Assembly (NCBI GenBank): GCA_951406725.2 | Contig: OX597839.1 | Location: 6,076,001-6,140,000, forward strand | Source of the DNA: Octopus vulgaris | Lineage: Eukaryota | Direction: 5' to 3' | Length of the DNA: 64,000 nt | Shown: positions 12,097-24,315 of the stretch, piece by piece | Layout: every line of letters begins with the position of its first letter | Numbering within the stretch: position 1 is the first letter of the stretch | Notes under the pieces: model-generated | The model's input: the letters and a program-made list of their open reading frames with translations, nothing else | The model's database searches: none | What the model was told of the DNA's origin: nothing | Position numbers and translations under genes: made by a program

Positions 12097-12425
12097 GGTG
12101 CAGTCATGACTGTGTGGGTAAGAAGTTCATTTTGCAACCGTATGGTTTTTGAGTTCAATCCTACTCCATGGCACTTTGAGCAAGTATCCTCAACTATGTC
12201 TCTGGGTTAACCAAAATTCTTTGTTAGTGAATAACAGACGGAAACTGTGTGGAATGCACCCGTGTATAAATGTATAAAAATGTGTTTGAATTTGACAACC
12301 GGTATTGGTTTGTTTGTATCCCTGAAAATTTTACTGGCAATTTTTTTAAAAGAAACAAGTTAAAGTAATGGGGGTGCTTCGTTCAACTGAAGCCTTCAAG
12401 AGGGGGCTCCAGCATGGGCACAAAC
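12097..12425 (+). mobile_element. SINE-A, strongly diverged
   Basis: Degenerate head, CORE-like motif and tail. Confidence 0.6.
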
Positions 12426-13597
12426 TCTGAGGAAACCTATGACCAAAAGACATGCCAGTCATGGCCATCCCATCAGCTATTGTCATTCAGATGCAGTGTA
12501 TAGAGTCACATTATCTAATGATCTTTTACCTCAATATATCAATATATGAATGTATTATCGTTATACACACACACTTGGATGTGTGTGTATATATATGTGT
12601 ATGTATGTATGTGTGTATATATATATATATATATGCACGTGTGTGTGTTCATGGATGAACAAGGGTAAATAAATGAGTTTAATAACTTAATTAATTTGCA
12701 TGCAGGTAAATGAATGTCTGTCACTGCACACGTTCAACATTGAAGCAGGTGTGTGTGCACATCCAGGTATACATGCATGTGCATGCAACAGATCTAAATT
12801 GAAGCAAAACAAAAAAAAAATAAATAAACGATGACCCTCATATCCCACCCCATACACGCAAAGAAGCTTACGCGATAAGTGATGTTATCCACCTGTTCAA
12901 TTTTCCTCCTTTAATTTTTTACACGTTCAGCCAACACACTTTCCTTCTACTCACCTTTACATTTATCACATTCACGAACACATGCATTACAAACACATAC
13001 ACACACACAAACGAAATTATAAGCTTAAGGAAACTACAATGAAACAAAGAACACACACACACACACACACACAAAAGAGCCCCCTTCACCACCGACTCTT
13101 ACTGCTTTCCTAGCAAATCTATTGCACTTGCCAATTGATCTCAACTCCTTAGAGGTATACTCCTCATGTTAAGTGGTAAGAAAAACAAAAACTTCAACAC
13201 AAACACCATTAAGATTAGCCAACCCTTCCACCTCAACAACCTGCTGCATTTACTTGATTTTTCTTTACTTTTACTTCTGTGTGTGAGTGCGTGTGTGTAT
13301 ATTTATATATATAATGATGTATTCCTGTGTTATTTCTTCTTTGATTTTTTTCTCCCCTTTTTCTAAGCCGATTACAGCAAAATCAATGATGTTAAATTTA
13401 TCATTCTTAATTTGCCACGAGCATAGCAGGAATAAAAATTAAAAGACATAAAAAGGGGGAAAAAAATGGAGAAAAGGAGAAAATGGGGAAAATCATAGAA
13501 TCATAGGGTTCATAAAATGTTGATAACCAAACTGTAACTGAAACACACATTATACTTATACATGTGTGTGTTTATGTGCGTGCACATACAACACACA

Positions 13598-13639
<42 letters not shown>

Positions 13640-13893
13640 AGAATCAGGGAGAGGAAGAATCAGCTGATTCTTCTTGAAATCACACCTTTCCATCCATAAA
13701 AAAAGGGGAGATATTTGATAATGTATTCTGTAGCGGAAAAAAATGAAAAAGAAAGTCAACGCGAGAAAGATTGAATATTCGAGGTTAAGCAACAACGACG
13801 ATGATGGTGATTATGATGATGATGATGAATGCTTGTTGAATGTGTGTTTCGTCCAGGATGGAACGAGATCGAAACCCAGTAAGGTCAGTGCTG

Positions 13894-14309
13894 GGATCTT
13901 TTCGGTTTGAACGGCAGTTTTTTTTAATAATTTCCACGTAAACTAAACACTTTTAAACTTCGTATACTGGTAGAATGTGTTTATAAAACATCTCTTTCTC
14001 TTGGCTTTATTGAGAAAATTCTATAGTTTGTAAGATATTTGTTGTTGTTTTTCTTCAATTTCTGCAATTTCAACCAATCAATGACGTCTATTGAGGTGAA
14101 CAACATTCTGTGCCGTATGAATATGTCCCTCGTTTAAGAAACAGATTGGGTTTATTTACATTTCTGAAGAAAAAAAAGATACCCTTCCCCTAACTAACCC
14201 TAACCCTAAAACAGATTGAAATGCAATAGATCGATACTAGGGTCATAATTATGGGTGACAATTTCATATGACACCGCTAGAACAACTGCCGTTCAAACCG
14301 AGAAGATCC
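13894..14309. mobile_element. MITE, ~416 bp, 29-bp TIR GGATCTTTTCGGTTTGAACGGCAGTTTTT, internal (CCCTAA)-like repeats
   Basis: Terminal inverted repeats; related copies at 23216, 44010 and 51636; flanked by a ~173-bp direct repeat. Confidence 0.9.
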
Positions 14310-14744
14310 ATGTATTCTTCAATACACTGTGGCGGAAAAAATGAAAAAGAAAGTCAATGCGAGAAAGATTGAAAATTCGAGGTTAAGCAAAAACGACGAC
14401 GACGACGATGATGATGATGATGAATGCTTGTTGAATGTGTGTTTCGTCCAGGGTGGAACGAGATCGAAACCCAGTAAGGTCAGTGCTGTTCAAAATGAAT
14501 TAGAAACAAAGATTACAAAGCAACAGGGAACAATAGAGGTCAGGTATTTTTGCAGCTTTGTTGCAGAGAATAAACATAGTTTGACAAGGATTTAACACCA
14601 CCACCACCACTACCTCCGCCGGCAATATCCACAAGTGGAGGAATATTTCCAGTAGAGGCAGTTTACATAAATATGGCAGTGTGTGTGTGTGTGTGTGTGG
14701 GACTGAAGGAGAGATAAAGAGAGACGGACAGAACGTGAGAGACA

Positions 14745-14792
14745 GAGAGAAAGAGGGATAGATAGAAAATGAGAAACGGATAGAGAGAGAGC

Positions 14793-14831
<39 letters not shown>

Positions 14832-15356
14832 GAGGTGATGGAGAGTAAGAGACAGATAGAGAGAAAGCCGAGAGGAGAGAGAGAAAGAGGGATAGATAGA
14901 AAATGAGAAGCGGATAGAGAGAGAGAGAGCCACAGAGAGAGAAGGTGATGGAGAGTAAGAGACAGATAGAGAGAAAGGGAGAGGAGAGAGAGAAAGAGGG
15001 ATAGATAGAAAATGAGAAGCGGATAGAGAGAGAGAGAGCCACAGAGAGAGAAGAGAGAAGGTGATGGAGAGTAAGAGACAGATAGAGAGAAAGGGGAGAG
15101 GAGAGAGAAAGAGGGATAGATAGAAAATGAGAAGCGGATAGAGAGAGAGAGAGCCACAGAGAGAGAAGGTGATGGAGAGTAAGAGACAGATAGAGAGAAA
15201 GGGGAGAGGAGAGAGAGAAAGAGGGATAGATAGAAAATGAGAAGCGGATAGAGAGAGAGAGAGCCACAGAGAGAGAAGGTGATGGAGAGTAAGAGACAGA
15301 TAGAGAGAAAGGGGAGAGGAGAGAGAGAAAGAGGGATAGATAGAAAATGAGAAGCG

Positions 15357-15387
<31 letters not shown>

Positions 15388-15545
15388 GGTGATGGAGAGT
15401 AAGAGACAGATAGAGAGAAAGGGGAGAGGAGAGAGAGAAAGAGGGATAGATAGAAAATGAGAAGCGGATAGAGAGAGAGAGAGCCACAGAGAGAGAAGGT
15501 GATGGAGAGTAAGAGACAGATGGAGAGAAAGGGGAGAGGAGGGAG
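14745..15545. repeat. Purine-rich minisatellite, ~118-bp unit, about 7 copies
   Basis: GAGGGATAGATAGAAAATGAGAAGCGGATA..GAAGGTGATGGAGAGTAAGAGACAGATA repeated. Confidence 0.9.
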
Positions 15546-16104
15546 AGAAGGGGACAGACAGACAGCGTACGGGTATTTCCATATTAGAGTAAACATTGAT
15601 AACTGAACAAGTTTGTTTTCAATTTAGAACGTAATTTTTGGTTTGATGTCAATGAGGGGGGGAGGAGAAAACGGAGAAAGAGAGAGAGTGGAGAGTTGTG
15701 AGAATGAGATCAAAGGTGCGGAGAGACGGAGAGAGACGGGGGGAGAGAGAGAGAGAGAGAGAGGCAGGGGCAAAAAGGGCGCAGATGGTGGTGGCGGTGA
15801 AAGTGAAAGTGAAGTTGGATGAGAGAAGGAAAGAGACGATGCTTGAAGTAGTTGGTTGCTCAGCAGCCGGGCTTGATAAGATACAACCCAAGCATGACCC
15901 CCACCCCCAGCTTCTCTCTGTTTCTCTGCTAAGTAACTAAATGCATCAACGTTTCATGATTGACCATTGTTTCAGTACAAGAAGATCAGAGAGATAGAGA
16001 GAGAGAGGGAGGAAGAGAGAGAGAGAGAGAGAGGAAAAGAGAAACGAAGAGTATGAGATAGAGAGAGATGGAGTGAGAGAGGTAGAGAGAAAATAGAGTA
16101 GGTA

Positions 16105-16512
16105 AGAGACTTGGGAAAAGAGAGGGAGAGACAGAGAGGGAAGAGAGGGAGAGACAGAGGGTGGAAAGAGAAACTGGGGAGAGGAGAGAAAGAAGGAGAG
16201 AAAGGATAGTGACGAGGAGAGAGAATGAGAGAGAGCGAGAAAGATGGTGTTAGAGAGATGGGGAAAGAGAGGGAGAGACAGAGGGGAGAAAGAGAGGGAG
16301 AGACAGAGGGGGGAAAGAGAAACTGGGGAGAGGAGAGAAAGGATAGTGACGAGGAGCGAGAATAAGAGAGAGAGCGAGAAAGATGGTGTTAGAGACATGT
16401 GGAAAGAGAGGGAGAGACAGAGGGGGGAAAGAGAAACTGGAGAGAGGAGAGAAAGAACGAAAGAAAGGATAGAGACGAGGAGCGAGAATGAAAGAGAGCG
16501 AGAAAGATGGTG
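16105..16512. repeat. Degenerate purine-rich repeat, ~120-145 bp x 3
   Basis: GGAAAGAGAAACTGG..AAGGATAG..GCGAGAAAGATGGTGT repeated. Confidence 0.7.
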
Positions 16513-16911
16513 TAAGAGAGATGGTGAGGAGGAGAGCAATGGAGGAAGGGTGAAAGAGATTAGGGAAAAACCAAATGAAAAACAAGAGAGATAAATGATG
16601 CGGAGAGACGAAAGACGTGGGAGAGAGGACAAAGAACATCGTACTGATCGGCTTTATCTGAAAGTGGACAAGTGATTAAAAAGCTGCTTTGAAACAAAGT
16701 CTCACTTGGAAGACAATTCTCAAAAGAGAAAGGAATCGAATCTTCTCGAGATATTCTAGTCATCATCGATAATTTAGCATTTAACCTTCAATCTAATGTG
16801 ACAAGAACAGTCTCAAAACGTATTTCAAAATTGTTAGTCACCGTTTTCACGATAGCATTTGAAGCAGCGCTGTACGTGATTACCACAAGAAATTACAAGA
16901 ACTTCACCAGA

Positions 16912-16966
<55 letters not shown>

Positions 16967-17042
16967 TGGCATTCTTATAGATATAAGAATAATAACGCTG
17001 CCGTAATCTCTTTTATAGAGACTTAGTAATTTTAATATTTCT

Positions 17043-17075
<33 letters not shown>

Positions 17076-17078
<3 letters not shown>

Positions 17079-17462
17079 GTTCTTGAAATAGATATCAGCA
17101 AAATGTGGAACCTGAACGCTAAAACAATACCTGTTGTCATAGGTGCCCTGGGCATGATAGCAAAAGGGGCTGATTGCTACCTAACTCAGATACCAGGAAA
17201 CCCCAAAATGGCAGAAATTCAAAAGATAGTGCTCATGGGAACTGCTCATAACCTACGCAAAATACTTTCTATGTAATCTCAAGGTTTAAAACAAACATAA
17301 TTTTCGTATGGTTTTTTTTTAAACATTTACTAGTACAACACAACCCCCCGCCAAATATATGGCACACCAGGCATAACAACATGAACTTCCAACCTGTTGT
17401 CTCTTGATGTCTCTGGGTGAGACTTGGAGCCAACTTGTACAAATATAAAGTAAAAGTTAAAC

Positions 17463-17465
<3 letters not shown>
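17076..17465 (+). mobile_element. 5'-truncated R4/Dong-like (RLE-type) non-LTR retrotransposon: ORF C-terminus (17076-17276) plus 3' UTR, inserted in (AAT)n
   Basis: KVLEIDISKMWNLNAKTIPVVIGALGMIAKG..IQKIVLMGTAHNLRKILSM* fits the R4/Dong C-terminal IP.VIGALG..IQK..L.GTA.ILRK pattern; (AAT)n on both sides. Confidence 0.8.
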
Positions 17466-17510
<45 letters not shown>

Positions 17511-17533
17511 TAATAATAATAATAATAATAATA

Positions 17534-18081
17534 GATGCAGTACCAGGCAGCGGCTCTCATGGCTTCTGATCTTAACTGACTGGAAGTGTTATCATGTACA
17601 TTGTTTTGTCTTGGTATAAAAGATGGGCTACAGCAAATGTTCTGCTCAATACCACTGATCTGCTTGTCAGTTGTTTGACCTTAACCAGTTGAGCATGTCC
17701 CTTAGTGGCTGATGATATGTGCATCTCTGATCACAAGCAGAAGTAGTGGGGGAGCATCATGGCGTGTGTTGAAAGGGGTTCTTGGAGGTTTGGATAATTC
17801 ACCTCTGGAAACATGGGTGTTTCATTCAACATCCTTAAACAACCCTTATTCAAGGACCTTTTGAGTGGAATGGGTTACTCAATCAGAAGAAAATTCTAAC
17901 TGGGCCCCACCCGCAAGGTCATGCGCTGTTCATCTTGTTATGAGATCACTATGTCGTGCACATATGGTTGTGATGCATGTGCCTGGTGTACCCTTATCAG
18001 ATGGGTAGTCATGATGGGTATACTGGGCTTCGTATATTTTACCCCAGTGTCACTTTGATGGCATGCACTGCTCTCTCACTC
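17534..18081 (+). mobile_element. ~550-bp (AAT)n-embedded retroelement (LINE 3' UTR or non-autonomous derivative)
   Basis: High similarity to 50102-50642 and 1-153; (AAT)n on both sides. Confidence 0.8.
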
Positions 18082-18584
18082 AATAATAATAATAGTAATA
18101 ATAATAATGGTTTTAAATATTGGTACAAGGCCAGCAGATTTGGAGGAGGGAGACAGCCAATTACATCGAACCCAGTGCGAAAAGATCCGATTATTATTAT
18201 TATCATTGTTCCTGCGAGTTCGACTTGGCCTTTCATCCTTTAAAAAGTCTTGTGCAACTTTAAGCTAGCAGCATTTCTTGCGAAGTTCGCTCTAGTAGTC
18301 TAGCCATGATTCCTAAACTTATCTTTACAAGATTTAGGCTTCGTAACGTTCTTCTTCTTCTGATGCCCTTGTGGCACGTAAAAAAAAAAAAAGAGATGAT
18401 TTATTATCAATAATATTATTTACAAAAAGGAAAAAAACCGAAAGCCATATTTGATACATTCGTGACAGGCGTATATATATGAGAATTATTTAGCCTTCTT
18501 GATTTTCGTTTTACCCTGACAGGGAAAAATATATTAAACTTACTGTGTTTGTCTTTTTTGTTTTTATTAATTTTGTGTGGAAGG

Positions 18585-18630
<46 letters not shown>

Positions 18631-18848
18631 GGTGGGGAGACAGGATGTGAGAACGAGAGCGAAAGTGGAGATAGAAAGAGACAGAAAGGTAGAAGGAAAT
18701 GATTGTGGTGATGACCGTGATGAAAGTAATATGAAATAGCAGTATACAGAAAGATGATGATGATGATGATGATGACTGATAATATTGGCAAGAAAAATCA
18801 AGGTAGATAGACAGATTATTTGAGAGAAGGAGAGAGAAGGAGAGAGAG

Positions 18849-18907
<59 letters not shown>

Positions 18908-18944
18908 GAGATAGATATATATAGTTAGATTATTTTATAGATAA

Positions 18945-19305
18945 GTTTCTTTATTGGCCACACAGGGCTGCACACAGATGGGACAAGTTACAAGGTAGAG
19001 CTTTTCTTTTGGGGGATGAAAAAAAACCAAAAAACAAAGGAGACAAAAAAAAAGTGGCGTAAGTTTTCGATCAAAAGGGATCGTAAAAGGGAAAAAAAAG
19101 AACAAAAAAAAGAAAGGAAAAGGAACAAAAGAAAAGAGAAATGAAAAAAAAAGGGGGGGAGAGGAAAAAAACGATCAATAGGGATCGTGTATCACAGTGT
19201 TATGATGTATGGTGTAAAGGGGTAAGCAAGTAAGGTTTATCTGTGGGAAGAAAAGCCTACGAAAAAGACCACAGTAACCTTGGTCAATATTGTTATATGT
19301 TACCA
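18945..19305 (-). mobile_element. Probable LINE 3' UTR remnant inserted in (GATA)n
   Basis: (GATA)n on both sides; reverse complement ends ttgtcccatctgtgtgcagccctgtgtggccaataaagaaac, like the SINE-B tail. Confidence 0.55.
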
Positions 19306-19308
19306 CAA

Positions 19309-19342
<34 letters not shown>

Positions 19343-19418
19343 TATTAGATAGATAGATAGATAGATAGATAGATTATTTGACAGACAGACAGACAGAGAA
19401 CGATTAGGCTTAGATATC

Positions 19419-19897
19419 AGCTGGCAGAAACGTTTGCACGCCGGGCGAAATGCGTAGCCGTATTTCGTCTGCCGTTACGTTCTGAGTTCAAATCCTTTAG
19501 GGGTCGATAAATTAAGTACCAGTTACGCACGGGAGGCGATGTAATCGACTTAATTCGTTTGTCTATCCTTGTTTGTCCCCTCTATGTGTAGCCCCTTGTG
19601 GGTAATAAAGAAATAGGTATTTCACCCGTCTTTATGTTGAGTTCAAATTCCGCTGAGGTCAACTTTACCTTTCATACTTTCGGGATCGATAAATTAAGTA
19701 GCAGTCAAATACTAGGTCGCTGCAATCGACTTAATCCCCTCCCGCGAGCTGACCTTTTAGCAAAAAAAATTATCATTATCATCATTACTATTATTATTAT
19801 CCGTCCTTACGTTCTGAGTTCAAATTCTGGCATGGTCGACTTTGCCTTTCATCCTTTCGGGGTCGAAATTACTGCCATTGTGCCAAAATTTGAAACC
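19419..19897 (+). mobile_element. SINE-B cluster: one copy followed by two headless bodies
   Basis: Junction aaagaaataGGTATttcacccgtc at 19608-19630 restarts the internal body. Confidence 0.75.
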
Positions 19898-19942
19898 ATC
19901 ATCATCATCATCATTATTATTATTAAGGAGATGTAGAAACAT

Positions 19943-19988
<46 letters not shown>

Positions 19989-20022
19989 GCTACTACATAT
20001 AATAGTAATGATGATAATTTCT

Positions 20023-20060
<38 letters not shown>

Positions 20061-20708
20061 CATCAACACCTAATTATTTTCAAACTAGTAGGCATGTGAG
20101 CAGGTTTCAATACGTAGACAGGAAGTGGTTTTCAAACGAACATTGCACCCAAGGGGTGGGCGGTACGGTTGGATGAATGAATGAATGAATGAATGAATAG
20201 ACTAACAACTGGGCTAGCCGTTGTGATGGTCGTGGGGGTTGGTTGGTGAGTATAAATGGGTGATAGTAACGACGACGACGACCACGACAATAAGAATCAA
20301 AACCAGTTCTGTACAAATACACACACAAGAATTTAATAAGTAATATGGATAAGCTACGGTGGGTAATATTCACTGAAGGTGTCATGAGATTCTCGAGGCT
20401 GTGATGTCAAACGGTATGACACGGTGAGCACGCTTTATGTGCAGTAGTATGGGGAGAGAGAGAGAGAGGGGTATGTAGTGAAGCAGAAATGGTCCATAAC
20501 GTTCGTACAAGCTAGATTTAATATCACGGTAAATTTGAAATGAAAAGATAGCGAAGCAATCCTAAAACCCATGACCCCGGAGAAGCAGCAGTGAGTAACA
20601 AGTAAAAATGGAAACAGTAACAGCCTGTTAAGTCAGTCAACTGTTGAACTGTGTACAAGTATTACAAGTATTACACACATTCATCATTCTCCTTTTGAAC
20701 ACAAGAAC

Positions 20709-20744
<36 letters not shown>

Positions 20745-21016
20745 GCCTCTCTGTCTATCTATATATCTATCTTATCTGTTTATCTGTCTCTCATATTTAT
20801 CTATCGACCTGCCTATTTCTCTTGAGGCTTTCTTCCAAGGAATCTAATGCGCTTGACTTAGATTTCCTTTGGGGCTGGCCAGATCGGAGCAATCTCAAGA
20901 TTAATCAGCGAGGATGATCCGGTTCTTGACTGAACGTTGAAGGCTTCGAATGACCCGTCCGTGTTTTTTGTGTCGTCTTCTAACTGTTTTGCGTTCTTGT
21001 CCCAGTTTGTATTTTT

Positions 21017-21061
<45 letters not shown>

Positions 21062-21074
21062 AGAGAAATAGGCA

Positions 21075-21272
21075 GTGTGTGTGTCTTTGTGTGTCTGACA
21101 ACCGATGGTGGTGTGTTTACGTCCCCGTGACCTAGGGGTTCGGCAAAAGAGACCGATAGAATAAGTACTAGGTTTACAAAGAATAAGTCATGGGGTCGAT
21201 TTTCTCGACTAAAGGCGGTGCTCCTGTATGGCCGCAGTCAAATGACTGAAATAAGTAAAAGAGTAAAGAGAG
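21075..21272 (+). mobile_element. SINE-A 3' half
   Basis: GACAACCGATG..GGTTCGGCAAAAGAGACCGATAG..GTAAAAGAG. Confidence 0.8.
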
Positions 21273-21383
21273 TTATACCTTACATACATACACACGCATA
21301 TACATGTATAGATATACTTTACATATATACACACATAGACATACATATATAAAGATAGACACAAAATTCTAAAGTGAAATATG

Positions 21384-21430
21384 TTTCTCGCCTGAAGATC
21401 GCAATGTCACGAAACTCGAATCACGAGATA
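21384..21430 (+). ncRNA. Degenerate minimal type I hammerhead ribozyme motif (Penelope-associated type)
   Basis: tctcg-c-CTGAAGA-tcgcaatgtcac-GAAA-ctcgaa-TC-a-cgaga: core boxes in order and stem I tctcg/cgaga; stems II and III damaged. Confidence 0.45.
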
Positions 21431-21524
21431 GAGAGAAATTCAGGCTATACACACACACACTTTGTGCGTATATACATATATCTATTCATATATATAACTG
21501 GATGCGTATACATATATGCATTGT

Positions 21525-21577
<53 letters not shown>

Positions 21578-21965
21578 AGTACACACATAATTAGATGGTC
21601 GTTTGATGATGACTGACTGACAAATTTTGACACATTTCAAACCATTTATATATATTTTTTTCCTCTGCCTTTTTTACTGGGATTAGGGGTGGGGTGGGGG
21701 AGAAAAGGCAGAAAATAAAACAAAATGTCGCTGTTATTATTACTCCCATCATAATCACAATCATCATGACCACCACCACCACCACCATACCATCATTATT
21801 ATCATAAGTCTCTCTCTCTATCTCTCTCTCTCTCCTTAACCACCCAAAATCATCACTTTTGTTGTTTCTCTGTCCTTCCATATTATTCCATCCACACCGC
21901 CAATATCAAATATATTATCCCGTGGCCTCTTTTATCTTGTTTCATTTAAAATATTTCGAAAGCAG

Positions 21966-21966
21966 A

Positions 21967-22003
<37 letters not shown>

Positions 22004-22018
22004 ATATATACATATATA

Positions 22019-22083
<65 letters not shown>

Positions 22084-22096
22084 ATATATATCTATC

Positions 22097-22128
<32 letters not shown>

Positions 22129-22175
22129 TATATATACACACACACACATATATATATACACACACACACATACAC

Positions 22176-22236
<61 letters not shown>

Positions 22237-22355
22237 CATATATATATACATATATATATAACACACATATATATATATACATACATATATATACATATAA
22301 TATACATATATATATATACATATACATATATATACATATATATATATACATATAC

Positions 22356-22386
<31 letters not shown>

Positions 22387-22500
22387 CACATATATACACA
22401 TATACATATATCCATATACACATATAAATATATACATACATATACATATACACATATAAATATATGCATACATACATATATATATATGTGTGTGTGTGTG
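21966..22500. repeat. Compound (TG)/(TA)/(CA) microsatellite
   Basis: Seen directly. Confidence 0.95.
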
Positions 22501-22939
22501 GTTATTACTTTATTTATTTCGTGTTTGGCATCGTTTTATGGTCCTTGCTGACCTTTGGGGGGAGGGAAGAGGAAAAGGCTGTGAATACCGAGAGGAAGTT
22601 AATATATCTCCTTGTACAACATAATTTGTGTGTAAGCAAGAATTTTGTTTGTAGCGTGGAAAATTGGAAATGAAGACACGTTTTGTTCGATAGCGGGTGG
22701 TGAGGCACGGTGCAGGGGGTAAAAAAAGGGTGGCTAGGTGGTGTAGGATGGGTGAATGAGGGTGTGATGGGATGTATGAAGAGGTTATAAACAGGGGATG
22801 GGAGTGGTGTGACGAGATGTGGTATTTATATTTTGTTTCTTTTCGCTTTATGCCTTTTTTTTTTGGTTTCTCCAAAAAATTTCCTGTCTGAGTACAACAG
22901 TTACGGATCGTAGATTTATGTACCTGTGTCTAAATATAT

Positions 22940-22997
<58 letters not shown>

Positions 22998-23215
22998 GTA
23001 TGTATGAGTGCATTTGTGAGATGATACATGCGTGTGCACGTGATAACGTTGATAATATTGAGTGTATTATTTTGATTATAAGTTATAAATTCTTGTATAC
23101 ACATGCGCGCGAATGCACACACCCGTTTTAAATAACGATTCGGAGAGTACTCAATACAAACTTTGAGTGTAATAGTCTACATAGGCCAACCCAATGTCTC
23201 GTTTCTTCTGGACAG

Positions 23216-23638
23216 GAATCTTTTCGGTTTGAACGGCAGTTTTTTCTAGCGGTGTCATATGAAATTGTCACCCATAATTATGACCGTAGTATCGATCTAT
23301 TGCATTTCAATCTATGTTAGGGTTAGTTAGGGTTAGGGGTGGCGGGAAGGGTATCTTTTTTTCTTCACAAATGTAAATAAACCCAATCTGTTTCTTAAAC
23401 GAGGGACATATTCATACGGCACAGAATGTTTTTTAACTCAGTAGACGTCACTGATTGGTTGAAATTGCAGAAATTGAAGAAAAAAAAACCAACAAATATC
23501 TTACAAACAATAGAATTTTCTCAATAAAGCCAAGAGAAAGAGATGTTTTATAAACACATTCTACCAGTATACGAAGTTCAAAATTTTTTAGTTACCTAGA
23601 AATTATGTTAAAAACTGCCGTTCAAACCGAAAAGATCC
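23216..23638. mobile_element. MITE copy (opposite orientation to 13894) with 8-bp TSD CTGGACAG
   Basis: TIRs present; CTGGACAG at 23208-23215 and 23639-23646. Confidence 0.9.
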
Positions 23639-24134
23639 CTGGACAGTCCTATATATAGATTCTGTTGTGGGGGGTACGTCTGTCGAATCAGCTGAAGTTT
23701 AAGCAACAGAACAACCTTACCTTTGAACCTAAACACACTGGTCCACCCACTTTTCCCCTCTCCCTTGCTTTTTCTCACGCTGAGTCCTGGATGGCAATGA
23801 TTTTACATCCACTTGTAACAATCCTTGTTCAATATATTTGTGAGTTATGCCCGTCGCTAAGGGGGTGCCTACCCACTCACTATTAAATGGTGTATCCTCG
23901 GATTTGGAAAATACAGGTTACAAAAATCTTCCGCTAATACAAGTTAGTGACCACCCAGAATATTCTGAAGCAGCCCCAGGTACCAACGTCTAGTGACGGT
24001 CCTGGTGTGTGTGCGTATAGTCTTGGGTATGACATTAAACTGCCATCGGTTCTGGGCTCTGGGGTTGTCGGGAGAGAAGAATCTACCCGTAATTACTATT
24101 ACTCCCAGGTCGACTGTAACCTAGGCCAGTAACT

Positions 24135-24315
24135 TAGGGGGAGGGGCAAGTCGATTACACCGTCCCCCAGTGTTTGAGCGGTAATTTATCGACCCCCGAA
24201 AGGATGAAAAGCAAAGTCGACCTCGGCAGAATTTGAACTCAGAACGTAAAGACTGACAAAATGCCCCTAAGTATTTTGCCCAGCGTGCTAACAATTCTGC
24301 TAGTTCACCGCCTTA
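24135..24315 (-). mobile_element. SINE-B, diverged
   Basis: Reverse complement of the SINE-B head and body. Confidence 0.75.

Noticed and set aside
14186-14210. Telomeric CCCTAA repeats
   Set aside because: Only 2-3 units, present in every full MITE copy; not a telomere or fusion site.
14500-15596. 274-360 aa Leu/Ser-rich ORFs
   Set aside because: Pyrimidine-rich strand of a minisatellite that lacks stop codons.
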